From Thermodesulfobacteriota bacterium (GTDB lineage Bacteria; Desulfobacterota_D; UBA1144; Nemesobacterales; UBA2774): a stretch of DNA of 64,000 nt. A program made the translations under genes and the position numbers. Position 1 is the first letter of the stretch. Each line of letters starts with the position of its first letter. Positions 21,175 through 31,690 of this stretch are shown piece by piece. Under the pieces are notes generated by a model. That model saw nothing but the letters and a program-made list of their open reading frames with translations. It made no database searches and was not told the DNA's origin. The stretch spans positions 416,001 through 480,000 of the forward strand of contig OZ244197.1 in the NCBI GenBank assembly GCA_965216785.1, given 5' to 3'.

Positions 21175-22023
21175 TTAGTATACCAGGTAGAGTGCTATGT
21201 CTAAAGCTTTGGCAGAGTGTGTTACAGAGCCTACGGAAATGTAATCGACTCCTGTTTCCGCAATCCCCCTAACAGTTTCGAGCGTCACTCCGCCTGAAGC
21301 CTCTATGAGTGCTTTCCCATCTATTGCAGACACCGCTTCCCTCATATCCTGTGTAGACATGTTGTCGAGCATGATAATATCCGCCCCTGAGTTTAGCGCC
21401 TCACTTACCTCTGAGAGATTTGAGGTTTCGACTTCTATTTGGTATTTATCGCCGTACTTCCGCCTGACAACCTGCACAGCTTTTGAGATACCGCCGGCGG
21501 AGACTATGTGATTATCCTTAATAAGCACGCCGTCGTACAGCCCTATGCGGTGGTTCTGCCCGCCGCCGGTCAAGACCGCGTACTTATCGAGCACCCTGAG
21601 GCCGGGCGCAGTCTTTCTGGTATCTAGAATTTTAGCTTTATACCCCTCACACTCAGCTGCGTACTTTGAGGTCTCAGTAGCAATGCCCGAGAGCCTCTGG
21701 AGAATATTAAGAGCAAGCCTTTCGCCCGTCAGAATTGCTCTGGTGGGGGCCTCTATTTGTAAGATAACGTCCCCGGGCATAACCTTCGCGCCGTCTTCCT
21801 TTGAAAGTACAATACGCGCCTCAGGGGAAAGTCTTTTAAAGACCCTCTCCGCGATGGGGCCGCCCGCGAGTACGCCTTTCTCCTTCACGCGAATCTCAGC
21901 AGTCGATACTGCGTCAACAGAGCAGATAGTATCGGTCGTTACATCCCCAGGACCTACATCTTCCACAAGGGCGTTTTCTATAATCCGATCCACTTTTTCC
22001 CAATCAAGCTCCGGTCTGTTCAT
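21175..22023 (-). CDS. nadC: Quinolinate phosphoribosyltransferase
   Basis: ERLALN, DTRKTAPG, NHR.GL.D..LIKDNH, EVE, IMLDNM, EASGG. Confidence 0.98.
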   Translation of the reverse strand: MNRPELDWEKVDRIIENALVEDVGPGDVTTDTICSVDAVSTAEIRVKEKGVLAGGPIAERVFKRLSPEARIVLSKEDGAKVMPGDVILQIEAPTRAILTGERLALNILQRLSGIATETSKYAAECEGYKAKILDTRKTAPGLRVLDKYAVLTGGGQNHRIGLYDGVLIKDNHIVSAGGISKAVQVVRRKYGDKYQIEVETSNLSEVSEALNSGADIIMLDNMSTQDMREAVSAIDGKALIEASGGVTLETVRGIAETGVDYISVGSVTHSAKALDIALYLVY

Positions 22024-22048
22024 TTCTCTATTCGTCCTAATCCAGGAA

Positions 22049-23656
22049 TTATTCTTTTATAATTTTAGGTTCTTTTCCCCTTTCGAGCACGATGTGGGAT
22101 TTCCAAGAAGGGTTTTCTTCCGGGAAATCTTCCCTCATGTGCACCCCTCTGGACTCTTCCCTAATCTGAGAGAATCTCGCTATTAGGTGTGATACCTCAA
22201 GTATCATGTTCAATTTTATTTTAAAGTAGCCGGTGAGCTTGTCCAGATATGCCGAGCACCCAGCCAGCTCATCTAAAGCTTCTTTAAGACCGGCGCTGTT
22301 TCTGACCATACCTACATCCCGGTTCATGATAGAGGATATAATGTTTCTGCATTCAATATATGTTTTTTGATCAGCATCGCTTGAGCCGCCTATATCGTAA
22401 TCTGTAAAATCGGGTAGTAAATCCCGGGGCAAATCTGTTATATCGGCTGAATTTTGAAGCGCTCCGTCGACAGCTCTTTTAGCAAACACTATACATTCGA
22501 GAAGGGAATTACTTGCAAGCCTATTTGCTCCGTGTACTCCGGTGCAGGCGACCTCTCCGCACGCGAATAATCCCTTTATATTAGTCTCGCCCTGAAGTCC
22601 GGTGCCGACACCGCCTATGGTATAGTGGGCCGCGGGCGCAACCGGGATCATGTCCTCTGTCATATCCACACCTAACTCTCTACAGGCAAGGTATATATTT
22701 GCAAACCGGGATTTTACTGTTTCGGCGTCCATGTGCTTTAGGTCTAGATACACAAAATCCTTTCCCGACTCATTCATCTCTTTATAAATTGCGCGCGATA
22801 CCACATCTCTTGGCGCAAGCTCGCCAAGCTCAGAGTAGTCCGGCATAAAACGTCTTCCCTCTATATTGATCAGGTGAGCCCCCTCACCCCTTACAGCCTC
22901 ACTGATCAGGAAACTGCTCCCTTCCTCACTGTAAAACGCCGTAGGATGGAACTGAACGAATTCCATATCCGTCACTCTAGCACCGGCCTGATAAGCGATC
23001 GATATCCCCTCTCCGGTAGACCCCCCGGGGTTGGTCGTGCGCTCAAATACAGCCGACGCCCCTCCTGTGGCGAGTATTGTAGAGCCCGCTGTGTAAATGA
23101 CAGGCTCAAACTTAGGGTCAAGGGCCAACGCCCCGTAACACCTGCCGTCCCCGGAAAGCAATTCCACGACTCCCGTACTCTCATATTTTGTAATCCCCGG
23201 GTTCTCCTCAACCGCTGCTATGAGAAAGCTCACCATTTCTCTTCCGGTGGAGCTTCCTCCCGCATGGAGAATTCTTCTTTTTGTGTGACCGCCTTCAAGC
23301 CCGAGAGCAGGTCCATCATCCCCCATATCAAACTCCATCCCGAGATCGATCAGGTCTGTAACCCGCTCAATACCCTCATTAACCAAAAGCTCAACCGCCC
23401 TCTCGTTACATAGACCCCGGCCCGCTCTGAGTGTATCTTCGATGTGGAAGAAGGCTGAATCTTCAGGATCAATAGCCGCCGCAATGCCCCCTTGGGCCCA
23501 AAAGGAATTACTCTCTTCGACCGTAGATTTGGTAAGTACACTCACTTTGCCGAACTGTGACGCGTACAGAGCGGCATAGAGTCCTGCAAGCCCGCTTCCG
23601 ATTATAAGAAAATCCGATTTGATTTCGGCGGGTACACGGAGGTTTTTATTTGTCAT
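22049..23656 (-). CDS. nadB: L-aspartate oxidase
   Basis: GSGLAGL, WAQGGIAA, EGGH..RRILH, QFHPT, SEAVRGEG, HGANRLASNSLLE. Confidence 0.97.
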   Translation of the reverse strand: MTNKNLRVPAEIKSDFLIIGSGLAGLYAALYASQFGKVSVLTKSTVEESNSFWAQGGIAAAIDPEDSAFFHIEDTLRAGRGLCNERAVELLVNEGIERVTDLIDLGMEFDMGDDGPALGLEGGHTKRRILHAGGSSTGREMVSFLIAAVEENPGITKYESTGVVELLSGDGRCYGALALDPKFEPVIYTAGSTILATGGASAVFERTTNPGGSTGEGISIAYQAGARVTDMEFVQFHPTAFYSEEGSSFLISEAVRGEGAHLINIEGRRFMPDYSELGELAPRDVVSRAIYKEMNESGKDFVYLDLKHMDAETVKSRFANIYLACRELGVDMTEDMIPVAPAAHYTIGGVGTGLQGETNIKGLFACGEVACTGVHGANRLASNSLLECIVFAKRAVDGALQNSADITDLPRDLLPDFTDYDIGGSSDADQKTYIECRNIISSIMNRDVGMVRNSAGLKEALDELAGCSAYLDKLTGYFKIKLNMILEVSHLIARFSQIREESRGVHMREDFPEENPSWKSHIVLERGKEPKIIKE

Positions 23657-23711
23657 ATGAATTTACGGCCTTTATTGCGTTAGTAGTGATAGTAATTACA
23701 TAAACTGCCGC

Positions 23712-26360
23712 TCAAAGCTCAACAATAGATTTGAAAATAGAAGCTTTTATTTCTTCCATTCGCCCAGAGTCGGTTAATTTCGCTCCTTTGGAATCTGTAA
23801 CGTAAAACGCATCCACCACCTGATCGACCTTGGTCGATATCTTGGCGTATACTACCGAGAGCCCGAGCTTTTTTATGGCCTTAGTAATATCATAAAGCAA
23901 TCCGGGACGGTCGTATGTGTATATATCTATAACCGTCGCTATGTCAGAGGATTCATTATCTATCTCAATCTTGGTCGGGTACAGAGGAATGGATTTAGTG
24001 AATTTAGAACGGGCTCTTTTTCTCTTTGCAACAAGCTTTTCAACATCTGTCTTGGCTATCATGACGTTACGCATATTGGACCCGAGCTTATCCCAAGCCT
24101 GATCGCCGTCATCTGAGGACTTACCCAGCCGGTTAACATAGAATACGTCCAGAATCCTGCCGTCGTCTCTGGTAGCGATCCTCGCACCGAGCACATTAAA
24201 CCCGCTTGCCCTTATAACCCCGCAGAGCTTTGAGAATATACCCGGCTCATCAAACCCCCAGAACGTAAACTCGTCGTACCCCTCGTTAGGATAATATTCC
24301 ACTTCCATACCGATCCCGTCCTTTGAGCGGTCTATGATGCCGATGTGGTAAGCGATCTTTTTTGGTGAAAACCCGCGGAAATAAGAATCGGGCATGCCTT
24401 TTATAATAGTCTTAACTTTGCGCTTTGAATACTTGTTATCCAGTATACGCACCACTTCATCCGTGACTCTATTTAGGCGATCCTCAGGGTTCTCTTTTTT
24501 AAACTCACCCTGCTCCAGCACATTTACCGTCCTTATGAATAGCTCTTTTAAGAGCATCGCCTTCCAGTTAGTCCATACATCAGGCCCTACGGATTTAATA
24601 TCTGCAAATGTCAGGAGATAGAGAAGTGACAGGGTTTCAAGGGACTTAACCGATTTTGCGAACCTTACAATCATACTGTAGTCGTGTATGTCGCGTCTCT
24701 GGGAAAAATGAGACATGATCAGGTGGTGCTTTACCAAAAATTCGAGCTGCTCACTCTCATGCTTCGTGAGCCCCATTCGCTTGGAAAGTTTAGGGATCAT
24801 GGCGGCGCCCTTCTGTGCGTGATTGCGTCCCTCCCCCTTTCCCATATCGTGAAAGAGGCAAGCCAGATACAGCACATGTCTGTTCATAAGTGATTCGGCG
24901 GTCTTCGTCAGAAGCGGCAGATCGTCATAGTACTTATAGCTCAAGAGGTTTTCTATCTCTCTGACCATGAATATAGAATGTACGTCCACCGTGTATACGT
25001 GGTACGCGTCGTGCTGCGCCATGCAAACGATTTTTCCGAACTCGGGTATGTAATAACCAAGGAGCCTGAGCCTATTCATTTCAAATAAAACGTCTGCAAC
25101 ATTTTTCCCTTTCTTAAGGATTCTAAGGAACGAGGCGTTAAAATCGGGATTGGACCGAACACTCTCATCAATTGTGGTAACACTCACCTGCTCTCTGATT
25201 AAATCCATCAGATAAGAGCTCATCTTAACCTGGTGCTTGTCTGAATACTCAAAAGCCCTCATCAGGTTTGCCGGATCTTCTTTAAACTCCTCAGGATCGG
25301 TAACTGAAAGCGCGCTGCCTTGAATTATAAATCCATGCTCAAGTTTGGTCTTTTTAGATGAGCGTACCCTGCCTTGGTCTGCCGTACATCTTTCAATAAG
25401 CCTTTTAGAGTGCTCCCTTATTTCGTTTGCCCGCAGGTAATATATTCTGAGAAACCTCTCGACCGCGGGAAGCTCGGCGTCTTTAAACCCGAGGAACTTT
25501 GCAATACTCTCCTGAAATTCAAAGCTCATCCGGTCCTCCGCTCTGCCCGCCAGATAGTGGAGCTCGGAGCGTATTAAAAGTAAGAAGTTAAGCGCCTTTT
25601 CAAAAGCCTTAAGCTCCTTATCTATCAAAACACCTTTGGGTAAAAGCTCTGAGAAGGTTTTTACCTTAAACTTCGCCTGCGCAATCCAGAGGGCATAGTT
25701 AATGTCTCTGAGCCCCCCTTCGCTCTCTTTTAAGTTGGGCTCTAAGAGATACACAGACCTTCCGAAGCGGTTTATTCTGTTTTCATTCTCTTCTATCTTA
25801 CTTTGAATAAATTTACCGGAAATAGCTGGCAGCAAATCTTCGTACAGGGCGCTGTCGAATTCAGAATAAAGCTGTTTGTCTCCGAATACGAACCTGCCAT
25901 CTAGTAGAGAAGTGAGAATCGTAGTGTCGTCGTCTTCCTGAGCAAGCTCTAAACATTCATCTATTGTCCTTACAGAGTGTCCGACATCAAGGTTTAAATC
26001 CCAGAGAAGATAGAGGAGTTTTTCTGTTACGTCCTTTGCCAGGGTTTTATTGCGGGGCTTGTATAGAAACATCAGATCAATGTCCGAGTAAGGACATAGC
26101 TCCTTTCTACCGTATCCCCCGAGCGCCAGAATAGCTACGTTTTTAAGATCCGTAAAGCCCTGGCCGACAATGCACTGCTTTATCAGTTTATCTATAATGT
26201 CCGTTCGCTTCTCTGCTAGCAAGCTTCCAGAAAGCGCGCGGTTGCGTTTGGCTTTTTTATTATGCAGATCCCTAAGTTCAGACTGCTTACGGTCGAGCCT
26301 TTGTTTTATTTGCTCGAACAGATCATCTTTTTGTGTTGCCAGACTGTTTGCTTTTTGCAT
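23712..26360 (-). CDS. glnD: [Protein-PII] uridylyltransferase
   Basis: ALGGYGR.EL.PYSDID, EPNLKESEGGLRD, YHVYTVDVH, HD domain FHDMGKG, two ACT domains. Confidence 0.98.
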   Translation of the reverse strand: MQKANSLATQKDDLFEQIKQRLDRKQSELRDLHNKKAKRNRALSGSLLAEKRTDIIDKLIKQCIVGQGFTDLKNVAILALGGYGRKELCPYSDIDLMFLYKPRNKTLAKDVTEKLLYLLWDLNLDVGHSVRTIDECLELAQEDDDTTILTSLLDGRFVFGDKQLYSEFDSALYEDLLPAISGKFIQSKIEENENRINRFGRSVYLLEPNLKESEGGLRDINYALWIAQAKFKVKTFSELLPKGVLIDKELKAFEKALNFLLLIRSELHYLAGRAEDRMSFEFQESIAKFLGFKDAELPAVERFLRIYYLRANEIREHSKRLIERCTADQGRVRSSKKTKLEHGFIIQGSALSVTDPEEFKEDPANLMRAFEYSDKHQVKMSSYLMDLIREQVSVTTIDESVRSNPDFNASFLRILKKGKNVADVLFEMNRLRLLGYYIPEFGKIVCMAQHDAYHVYTVDVHSIFMVREIENLLSYKYYDDLPLLTKTAESLMNRHVLYLACLFHDMGKGEGRNHAQKGAAMIPKLSKRMGLTKHESEQLEFLVKHHLIMSHFSQRRDIHDYSMIVRFAKSVKSLETLSLLYLLTFADIKSVGPDVWTNWKAMLLKELFIRTVNVLEQGEFKKENPEDRLNRVTDEVVRILDNKYSKRKVKTIIKGMPDSYFRGFSPKKIAYHIGIIDRSKDGIGMEVEYYPNEGYDEFTFWGFDEPGIFSKLCGVIRASGFNVLGARIATRDDGRILDVFYVNRLGKSSDDGDQAWDKLGSNMRNVMIAKTDVEKLVAKRKRARSKFTKSIPLYPTKIEIDNESSDIATVIDIYTYDRPGLLYDITKAIKKLGLSVVYAKISTKVDQVVDAFYVTDSKGAKLTDSGRMEEIKASIFKSIVEL

Positions 26361-26524
26361 AAGCTCTTCTCAATATTTAAAACTTTATCTCTATTATTGT
26401 ACCGCAGTGTTAGAAATATATAACCCCCGGCTACGGTAAGCTTAGAGCCCTTGTATTCACCATATGCACCAGGCTATACTGAGATATTGTAATTGAAAAG
26501 CTCAAATCTGAGATTGCGGCTATC

Positions 26525-27085
26525 TTAATCTTTTTTGAATTCAACAAAGGTTTCTGTAAATCCGGCCCGTTTATTCTCTACCCTAGCCATCACAAAAAGG
26601 AGATCAGATAGACGGTTCACATATACAAGCGTATTTTGGTTAACCTCTTCCTCATTCATGAGGCTTACTATTTTCCTTTCCGCCCTTCTGGACACGGTTC
26701 TGGATAAATGCAGGTTAGCCCCACCTTCGTTCCCGCTCGGGAGTATAAACTCTTTAAGGGGCTCAAGCTCCTCTAAAAGTTTATCTATTAATAATTCGAG
26801 CTCCTCTACCCTATCCCCGCTTATCCTGGGTACGTCTACGTCCGGCGGGCTTGCCAGATCTGCGCCTATGATAAATAAATCGTTTTGAATCTCAATCAGG
26901 ATCGCGTTAAGCTCTTCGTCCTGCACATGGAGCCGCGCAATTCCAAGCACTGCGTTTAACTCGTCGATATCGCCGTAAGCCTCCACCCTGGGAGAAGATT
27001 TACTGACCCTGACACCGCTAATTAGCGATGTTTGGCCTTCATCCCCGGTTTTGGTATAGACCTTCGTTATTCTCTTTTTCGCCAC
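26525..27085 (-). CDS. ATP:cob(I)alamin adenosyltransferase, PduO type
   Basis: [43 protein letters not shown]. Confidence 0.95.
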   Translation of the reverse strand: MAKKRITKVYTKTGDEGQTSLISGVRVSKSSPRVEAYGDIDELNAVLGIARLHVQDEELNAILIEIQNDLFIIGADLASPPDVDVPRISGDRVEELELLIDKLLEELEPLKEFILPSGNEGGANLHLSRTVSRRAERKIVSLMNEEEVNQNTLVYVNRLSDLLFVMARVENKRAGFTETFVEFKKD

Positions 27086-27144
27086 AGAGAGATTCTAACC
27101 GAACGGCAATATGGGTTCAAACGCTTTGATATGGAAACAGTTAA

Positions 27145-27185
27145 GAATTTACGTGCCTCAGTAGGTTGTCGAAGCACGTAAATTC
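27145..27185. terminator. Inverted repeat downstream of trxA (possible terminator or degenerate REP)
   Basis: Perfect 12-bp arms GAATTTACGTGC/GCACGTAAATTC with a 17-nt loop. Confidence 0.5.
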
Positions 27186-27231
27186 GGTCTTTTCGAGTTA
27201 TTAATCGTACTACTAATATGTTAGGGGAAAA

Positions 27232-27573
27232 TCAGGCGGAAAGCCTGTGCTCTAGAGCGCTTTGTATAGCTTGTTCAATATTTTTCTTTGGAAGAGCGCC
27301 CAGTATCCGGTCTTTTTCCACTCCATTCTCAAATATGATCATAGTCGGAATGCTTCTTATCCCGTAAGAAGAAGCCGTTACCGGATTTTCATCTACATTA
27401 AGCTTTGTGACCTTGAGCCGTCCCTCATATTCCTCTGAAAGCTCCTGTATGGTAGGCGCTAAAGCCCTGCAAGGACCACACCATTCAGCCCAAAAATCCA
27501 CGAGCACGGGAGTCCCGGAGCCGATCACTTCATTTTCAAAATTCTCATCTGTGATTTCTATTGGTTTATTCAT
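27232..27573 (-). CDS. trxA: Thioredoxin
   Basis: DFWAEWCGPC, GIRSIPT. Confidence 0.98.
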   Translation of the reverse strand: MNKPIEITDENFENEVIGSGTPVLVDFWAEWCGPCRALAPTIQELSEEYEGRLKVTKLNVDENPVTASSYGIRSIPTMIIFENGVEKDRILGALPKKNIEQAIQSALEHRLSA

Positions 27574-27798
27574 GTTCTCGTTACCCCTTTTAACACTTAA
27601 TTTTATGACTGTTTAGAGTCAGTTTTACATAAAAGGATTCATATGCAAGCCCCAGAAAGTCTAAATCTTACTGTTTATAAAACTATAAAAAGAACCTGAA
27701 TTAATGCTAATGGCTGTTCTGATATAGTTGAAAAAAAGAGGGCTCTTTGTGCTATACTTAAGGTTAAGAGTTAGATATTTATTGCTACGGATAAATAT

Positions 27799-28500
27799 AT
27801 GGATCTATCTGAACTTGATTTAAAGGGAGTATCTAATCTGGATAGCTTTTCGGGAATAATACCTTTATTTCCGCTCTCTACTGTAGTATTTTTCCCCAAC
27901 ACCCTCCTTCCACTCCATATTTTCGAGCCCAGATATAAACAGATGGTAAACGATGTACTAAATACCGAGAAAATTATCGGAATGGCCCTGTTAAAACCAG
28001 GGTGGGGAGATAACTATTACGGGAACCCAGAGATTTTCGACACAGTAGGGATGGGGAGAATCGTAAGCTCGGAAAGCTATGGGGACGGAAGAATAAATAT
28101 TGTACTCTACGGTCTAAAGAGGGTAAGAATTGTAGATATTTTAGAGGAGCTCCCATACAGACTTGCGCGCGTGGATATAGTAAACGACCTGCACGGCTCC
28201 CAAGAAGAGGCCCTTCGAGTACGTATAGGTGAGCTCATTAACAGATGGAACCTGCTTACCCACGACACGGAAAAGTCTCACAAGATCAAAATTAATACTA
28301 ACCTTCCTCTCGACAGCCTTACCGACGCGCTAGGCACATTAATATTTTCAAATGTATTTGATAAACAGACGCTACTTGAAGAGCCGAGTGTAGAAAAGAG
28401 GGCCGAGATATTAATTAGAGACCTCGAGACAAGGCTCGAGATAATATCCATCACATCGAGTAAAAAAAGTGAAATAATAAAGAAAAGGCATCTTAACTGA
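27799..28500 (+). CDS. Stand-alone LON substrate-binding (N-terminal) domain protein
   Basis: IPLFPL..VFFP...LPLHIFEPRY..M, DGR.NI...G..R; no ATPase or protease domain. Confidence 0.9.
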   Translation: MDLSELDLKGVSNLDSFSGIIPLFPLSTVVFFPNTLLPLHIFEPRYKQMVNDVLNTEKIIGMALLKPGWGDNYYGNPEIFDTVGMGRIVSSESYGDGRINIVLYGLKRVRIVDILEELPYRLARVDIVNDLHGSQEEALRVRIGELINRWNLLTHDTEKSHKIKINTNLPLDSLTDALGTLIFSNVFDKQTLLEEPSVEKRAEILIRDLETRLEIISITSSKKSEIIKKRHLN

Positions 28501-28502
28501 GA

Positions 28503-29294
28503 CTAGTCTTTAGCCAAAAAATGGAGTACCAGGCTGTCCACTTCCTGCTGCCTTTCTCTCCAGAACCCATGCCCCACACCCGTAAAGACGCAAAGCTCGG
28601 ACTTTGGAATAAGCCGGGACAGCTCGCGCGTGCGCTCGGGGGCGGTTATCTGATCGGACTCTCCCATCATTACAAATGCTCGGTGGCTTATGTTCGGCAG
28701 ATGATCAAGCGTATTGTGCCCTTCACAGGCCAAGCTCTGCCCTATATAACCTTCAAGCGCATCCGGATTATCCCCGATCATTTTGGAGACCTTATTCAAT
28801 CTATCTATGTTCGTCTCGATATACTCCCTGGTATACCCAAGATGTAGCGCCATGAACCATACTGCTCTGAGACCTGCTTTAGAGGCTATCTCTCTACCCA
28901 TCCTGAGAATCTCGTTCCCAACCTGATCGCGCGATCCGGAGCTGCAGCCCATTACGAGCTTACTTACCCTATCAGGGTGCTTTATCGCAAGCCACTGAGC
29001 TATCATCCCGCCCATCGATTTCCCTACAATGTGCGCCTGCTCAATCGAGAGCGCGTCCATTAAGGCCGCCGTATCGTCCGCCATCCCCTCGGTTGAGTAG
29101 GGAGACTTGGGCTTGTCCGATTTCCCAGCGCCCCGGTTATCGAAGACTATTACTTTATAGTTTTTTGAATAAATTGGGACCTGGACGTCCCAGCTCTGCC
29201 CCTGGCTCCCGAGACCGCTTATCATGACCACAGGGTAGCCTTCTCCGTGAACCTCATAATAAATATTTATTCCATTTACTTGTACGTATGGCAT
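28503..29294 (-). CDS. Alpha/beta hydrolase (PcaD-like)
   Basis: DNRGAGKS, nucleophile elbow GKSMGG, acid in GESD, His in GVGH. Confidence 0.92.
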   Translation of the reverse strand: MPYVQVNGINIYYEVHGEGYPVVMISGLGSQGQSWDVQVPIYSKNYKVIVFDNRGAGKSDKPKSPYSTEGMADDTAALMDALSIEQAHIVGKSMGGMIAQWLAIKHPDRVSKLVMGCSSGSRDQVGNEILRMGREIASKAGLRAVWFMALHLGYTREYIETNIDRLNKVSKMIGDNPDALEGYIGQSLACEGHNTLDHLPNISHRAFVMMGESDQITAPERTRELSRLIPKSELCVFTGVGHGFWRERQQEVDSLVLHFLAKD

Positions 29295-29317
29295 TATATC
29301 AGTCTTCCCTTATTTAT

Positions 29318-29746
29318 TCAGTCGTTACTAGCTGTGAGCTCTCTTGACCTAAGATACTCCTCCAGTATAAAAACTGCAGCCATTTTGTCTATGACCTTCT
29401 TTCTTTTTTTTCTGCTTACATTCGCGCCTATAAGCCTTTTCTCCGCGTTTACAGTGGAGAAGCTCTCGTCCCAGTACTTTAGCGGTATATTAACCGCTTC
29501 TTTGAGCTTATCCGCAAATTTTAAAATCTCTTCGCCCCTTACCGAAACCTCGCCTTTCATATCGTATGGTACTCCGACAACTATCTCCGAGGGATCATAG
29601 CTTTCCACTAACTTTTTAACCTCATCCGTATCGTAACTGATGTTTTTTCTCAGGATCGTAGTAACCCCGTTAGCGGTTATACAAAGCTCATCGCTTACGG
29701 CTACTCCTATGGTTTTCGTTCCAACGTCAAGAGCCAAAATGCGCAT
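29318..29746 (-). CDS. ruvX: RuvX/YqgF nuclease (start likely 29746)
   Basis: MRILALDVG...GVAVSD, VVG.P, WDE.FST, ID..AA..IL. Confidence 0.95.
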   Translation of the reverse strand: MRILALDVGTKTIGVAVSDELCITANGVTTILRKNISYDTDEVKKLVESYDPSEIVVGVPYDMKGEVSVRGEEILKFADKLKEAVNIPLKYWDESFSTVNAEKRLIGANVSRKKRKKVIDKMAAVFILEEYLRSRELTASND

Positions 29747-29806
29747 AAGATAGAGTAAAGATCGATCCGAGTATTTTAATATCATGGTAACCCAAATCAG
29801 GCTAGG

Positions 29807-30622
29807 TTAAAAGTACAGATCATAGAACATATCCAAAGAGACTACAAACAGGAATACCGCAAATACGCGCCTCAACCTGTCCTGGCTGAGACGGTTTGCG
29901 AGCTTTACACCATAGGGAGCGGCCAGGAGTACTACCGGGGCCATTACTACAACAGAAGTCAAATCCACGTAGCCAAGTGAGAAGACGGGTCTTCCCGGAA
30001 CATGGATACCGTTGAATACCGAGCCCACCGTCCCGATTACGCTAATAAACAACCCCCCTGCGGTCGCAACTGCTATGGAGCGGTGTATCGAATATCCAAA
30101 TGCTGTAAGTGCGGGCGTAGTAAAGCTCCCGCCCGTGAGACCGACCATCGTTGAAGAGCCGCCGATTATAAAAGCCATGATACTCCTTACAATCCCTCCC
30201 GGAACATCTGAGGTAAGCTTGAAATCCTTGGTCGTGAAAAACATCTGTACCGATACAGCTAAAATTATGAACGCGAACACCTGCACAAGAAATCTGCTGG
30301 AGACGTAGCGCATGATGAAAAGACCGAGCACTACTCCCAGCACAAGACCGGGTATCCACGTTTTCAAAAATGATATATCGATATTACCGGCTTTATACTG
30401 GGCTCTCGAAGCGCTCACCGAGGAAGGAATCGCAAGTGTAAGAGAAGTGCCCGCTGCCAGGTGCATGACAACCGAGGCGTGTACACCGAAGATCGGAAAC
30501 AAAAAGAGAAATAAGGGAATCCTCACTATTCCGCCTCCTACCCCGAACAGACCCGAAGCGAATCCGGAGACAACACCAGCGGCAAGCAGACTGAGTACAT
30601 ATGTGATCCAGTGCATTTCCAT
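29807..30622 (-). CDS. Sulfite exporter TauE/SafE (TSUP) family protein
   Basis: GLFGVGGG..P, GTSL, GLTGG; highly hydrophobic. Confidence 0.9.
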   Translation of the reverse strand: MEMHWITYVLSLLAAGVVSGFASGLFGVGGGIVRIPLFLFLFPIFGVHASVVMHLAAGTSLTLAIPSSVSASRAQYKAGNIDISFLKTWIPGLVLGVVLGLFIMRYVSSRFLVQVFAFIILAVSVQMFFTTKDFKLTSDVPGGIVRSIMAFIIGGSSTMVGLTGGSFTTPALTAFGYSIHRSIAVATAGGLFISVIGTVGSVFNGIHVPGRPVFSLGYVDLTSVVVMAPVVLLAAPYGVKLANRLSQDRLRRVFAVFLFVVSLDMFYDLYF

Positions 30623-30633
30623 ATCGATCTAAT

Positions 30634-31575
30634 TTACCCCGGCCCGTCCTGTCCGGTAAATCTTGACGCCAGATACCTCATGAAAGAATGTAGCCTGTCA
30701 GTTAATAAAATGTCTTCCTTACAAAAGATATCTCTTTTGGGCACGAGCTTCGCGTACTCTTTGTTTTTATAGGTATTTATCCTGTTCTTCCATCCGGGAA
30801 TCCATCTATTCTCGTTCCTTTCAGGAGGCGCATTTTTGACTCGTCTTACGAGCACAAACTCTGCTTTATCAGCAAATTCCTCAAGCGCCCCGAACCCGGA
30901 CTCAGTGCCGTTCATCTCGGTAAGCACTTGAAGTAGCCCCCACCCTTCGCCGCCGTAACGCTCAGTCTGTGCTACGCCCTCTCCCTTAAAATTCACATAG
31001 TCTATGAGTACATACATACCCATGGGAGAGTTAGCTACTCTGTAGAACTGGGTTTTAATATGCTCTCTGTCGCTTTTCGGCGCCGCATCTAAAATCTTGG
31101 GCAGACTTTCCTCAAGCCTCCCGGCCATAAATAGAGACTGAAGCGGGACTGTTTCGAGCAGGAAGTTTCGTAAGGACACCATTTTCGGGCTATTGAAATC
31201 TCTCAGGAACTGCTCACGCGTGTCCCATGGGAGCTCGGGCTCGGGCATCTCTTCGATCCAATCCGGCAGTGTAGCGCCATTATCACTTAGAAACGCGAGC
31301 ACCGCTGGAAACGTCTCGAAAAAAGGATATTCCTTACCCCTAGGAAACCAGAGAAAGTGCCCAATCCCAAGTGAAGCAAACTCTTCCCCCTCGTTCCACA
31401 CAGTTAGGTTCTGAACCTTTCCGGCGCCTTCGTTAATGAATATGAGCTCACCGATTGTTTGCAGCTCTTCTTCTGGAATACAAATCTTCTCTTCACTGCA
31501 CGAAAAAAAAGAGAAAGCTGTAAGGGAAATCAGGCAGAATCTAACTATAGGGTTATAGAATGGGCTTATAAACAT
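30634..31575 (-). CDS. Conserved hypothetical lipoprotein, probable lysozyme-like fold
   Basis: Lipobox-like FFSC; INEG...EGEEFASLGIGHF, DYVNFKGEG, WGLLQVL, GWKNRINTY. Confidence 0.75.
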   Translation of the reverse strand: MFISPFYNPIVRFCLISLTAFSFFSCSEEKICIPEEELQTIGELIFINEGAGKVQNLTVWNEGEEFASLGIGHFLWFPRGKEYPFFETFPAVLAFLSDNGATLPDWIEEMPEPELPWDTREQFLRDFNSPKMVSLRNFLLETVPLQSLFMAGRLEESLPKILDAAPKSDREHIKTQFYRVANSPMGMYVLIDYVNFKGEGVAQTERYGGEGWGLLQVLTEMNGTESGFGALEEFADKAEFVLVRRVKNAPPERNENRWIPGWKNRINTYKNKEYAKLVPKRDIFCKEDILLTDRLHSFMRYLASRFTGQDGPG

Positions 31576-31690
31576 ATGAATATCAATCCGAGGGAAATAA
31601 TCTCAGCATTTTTCCGGGCGTAATTAGTACAAAACCGCTTAGAAGCTATTATATATAGAAGCGCCCCGAATTGATAGGACGACAAATCAC

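Noticed and set aside
21545-22186. 213-aa + strand ORF, and similar long antisense ORFs over rho, nadB and tkt
   Set aside because: They lie antisense to well-conserved genes and show no motifs or RBS.
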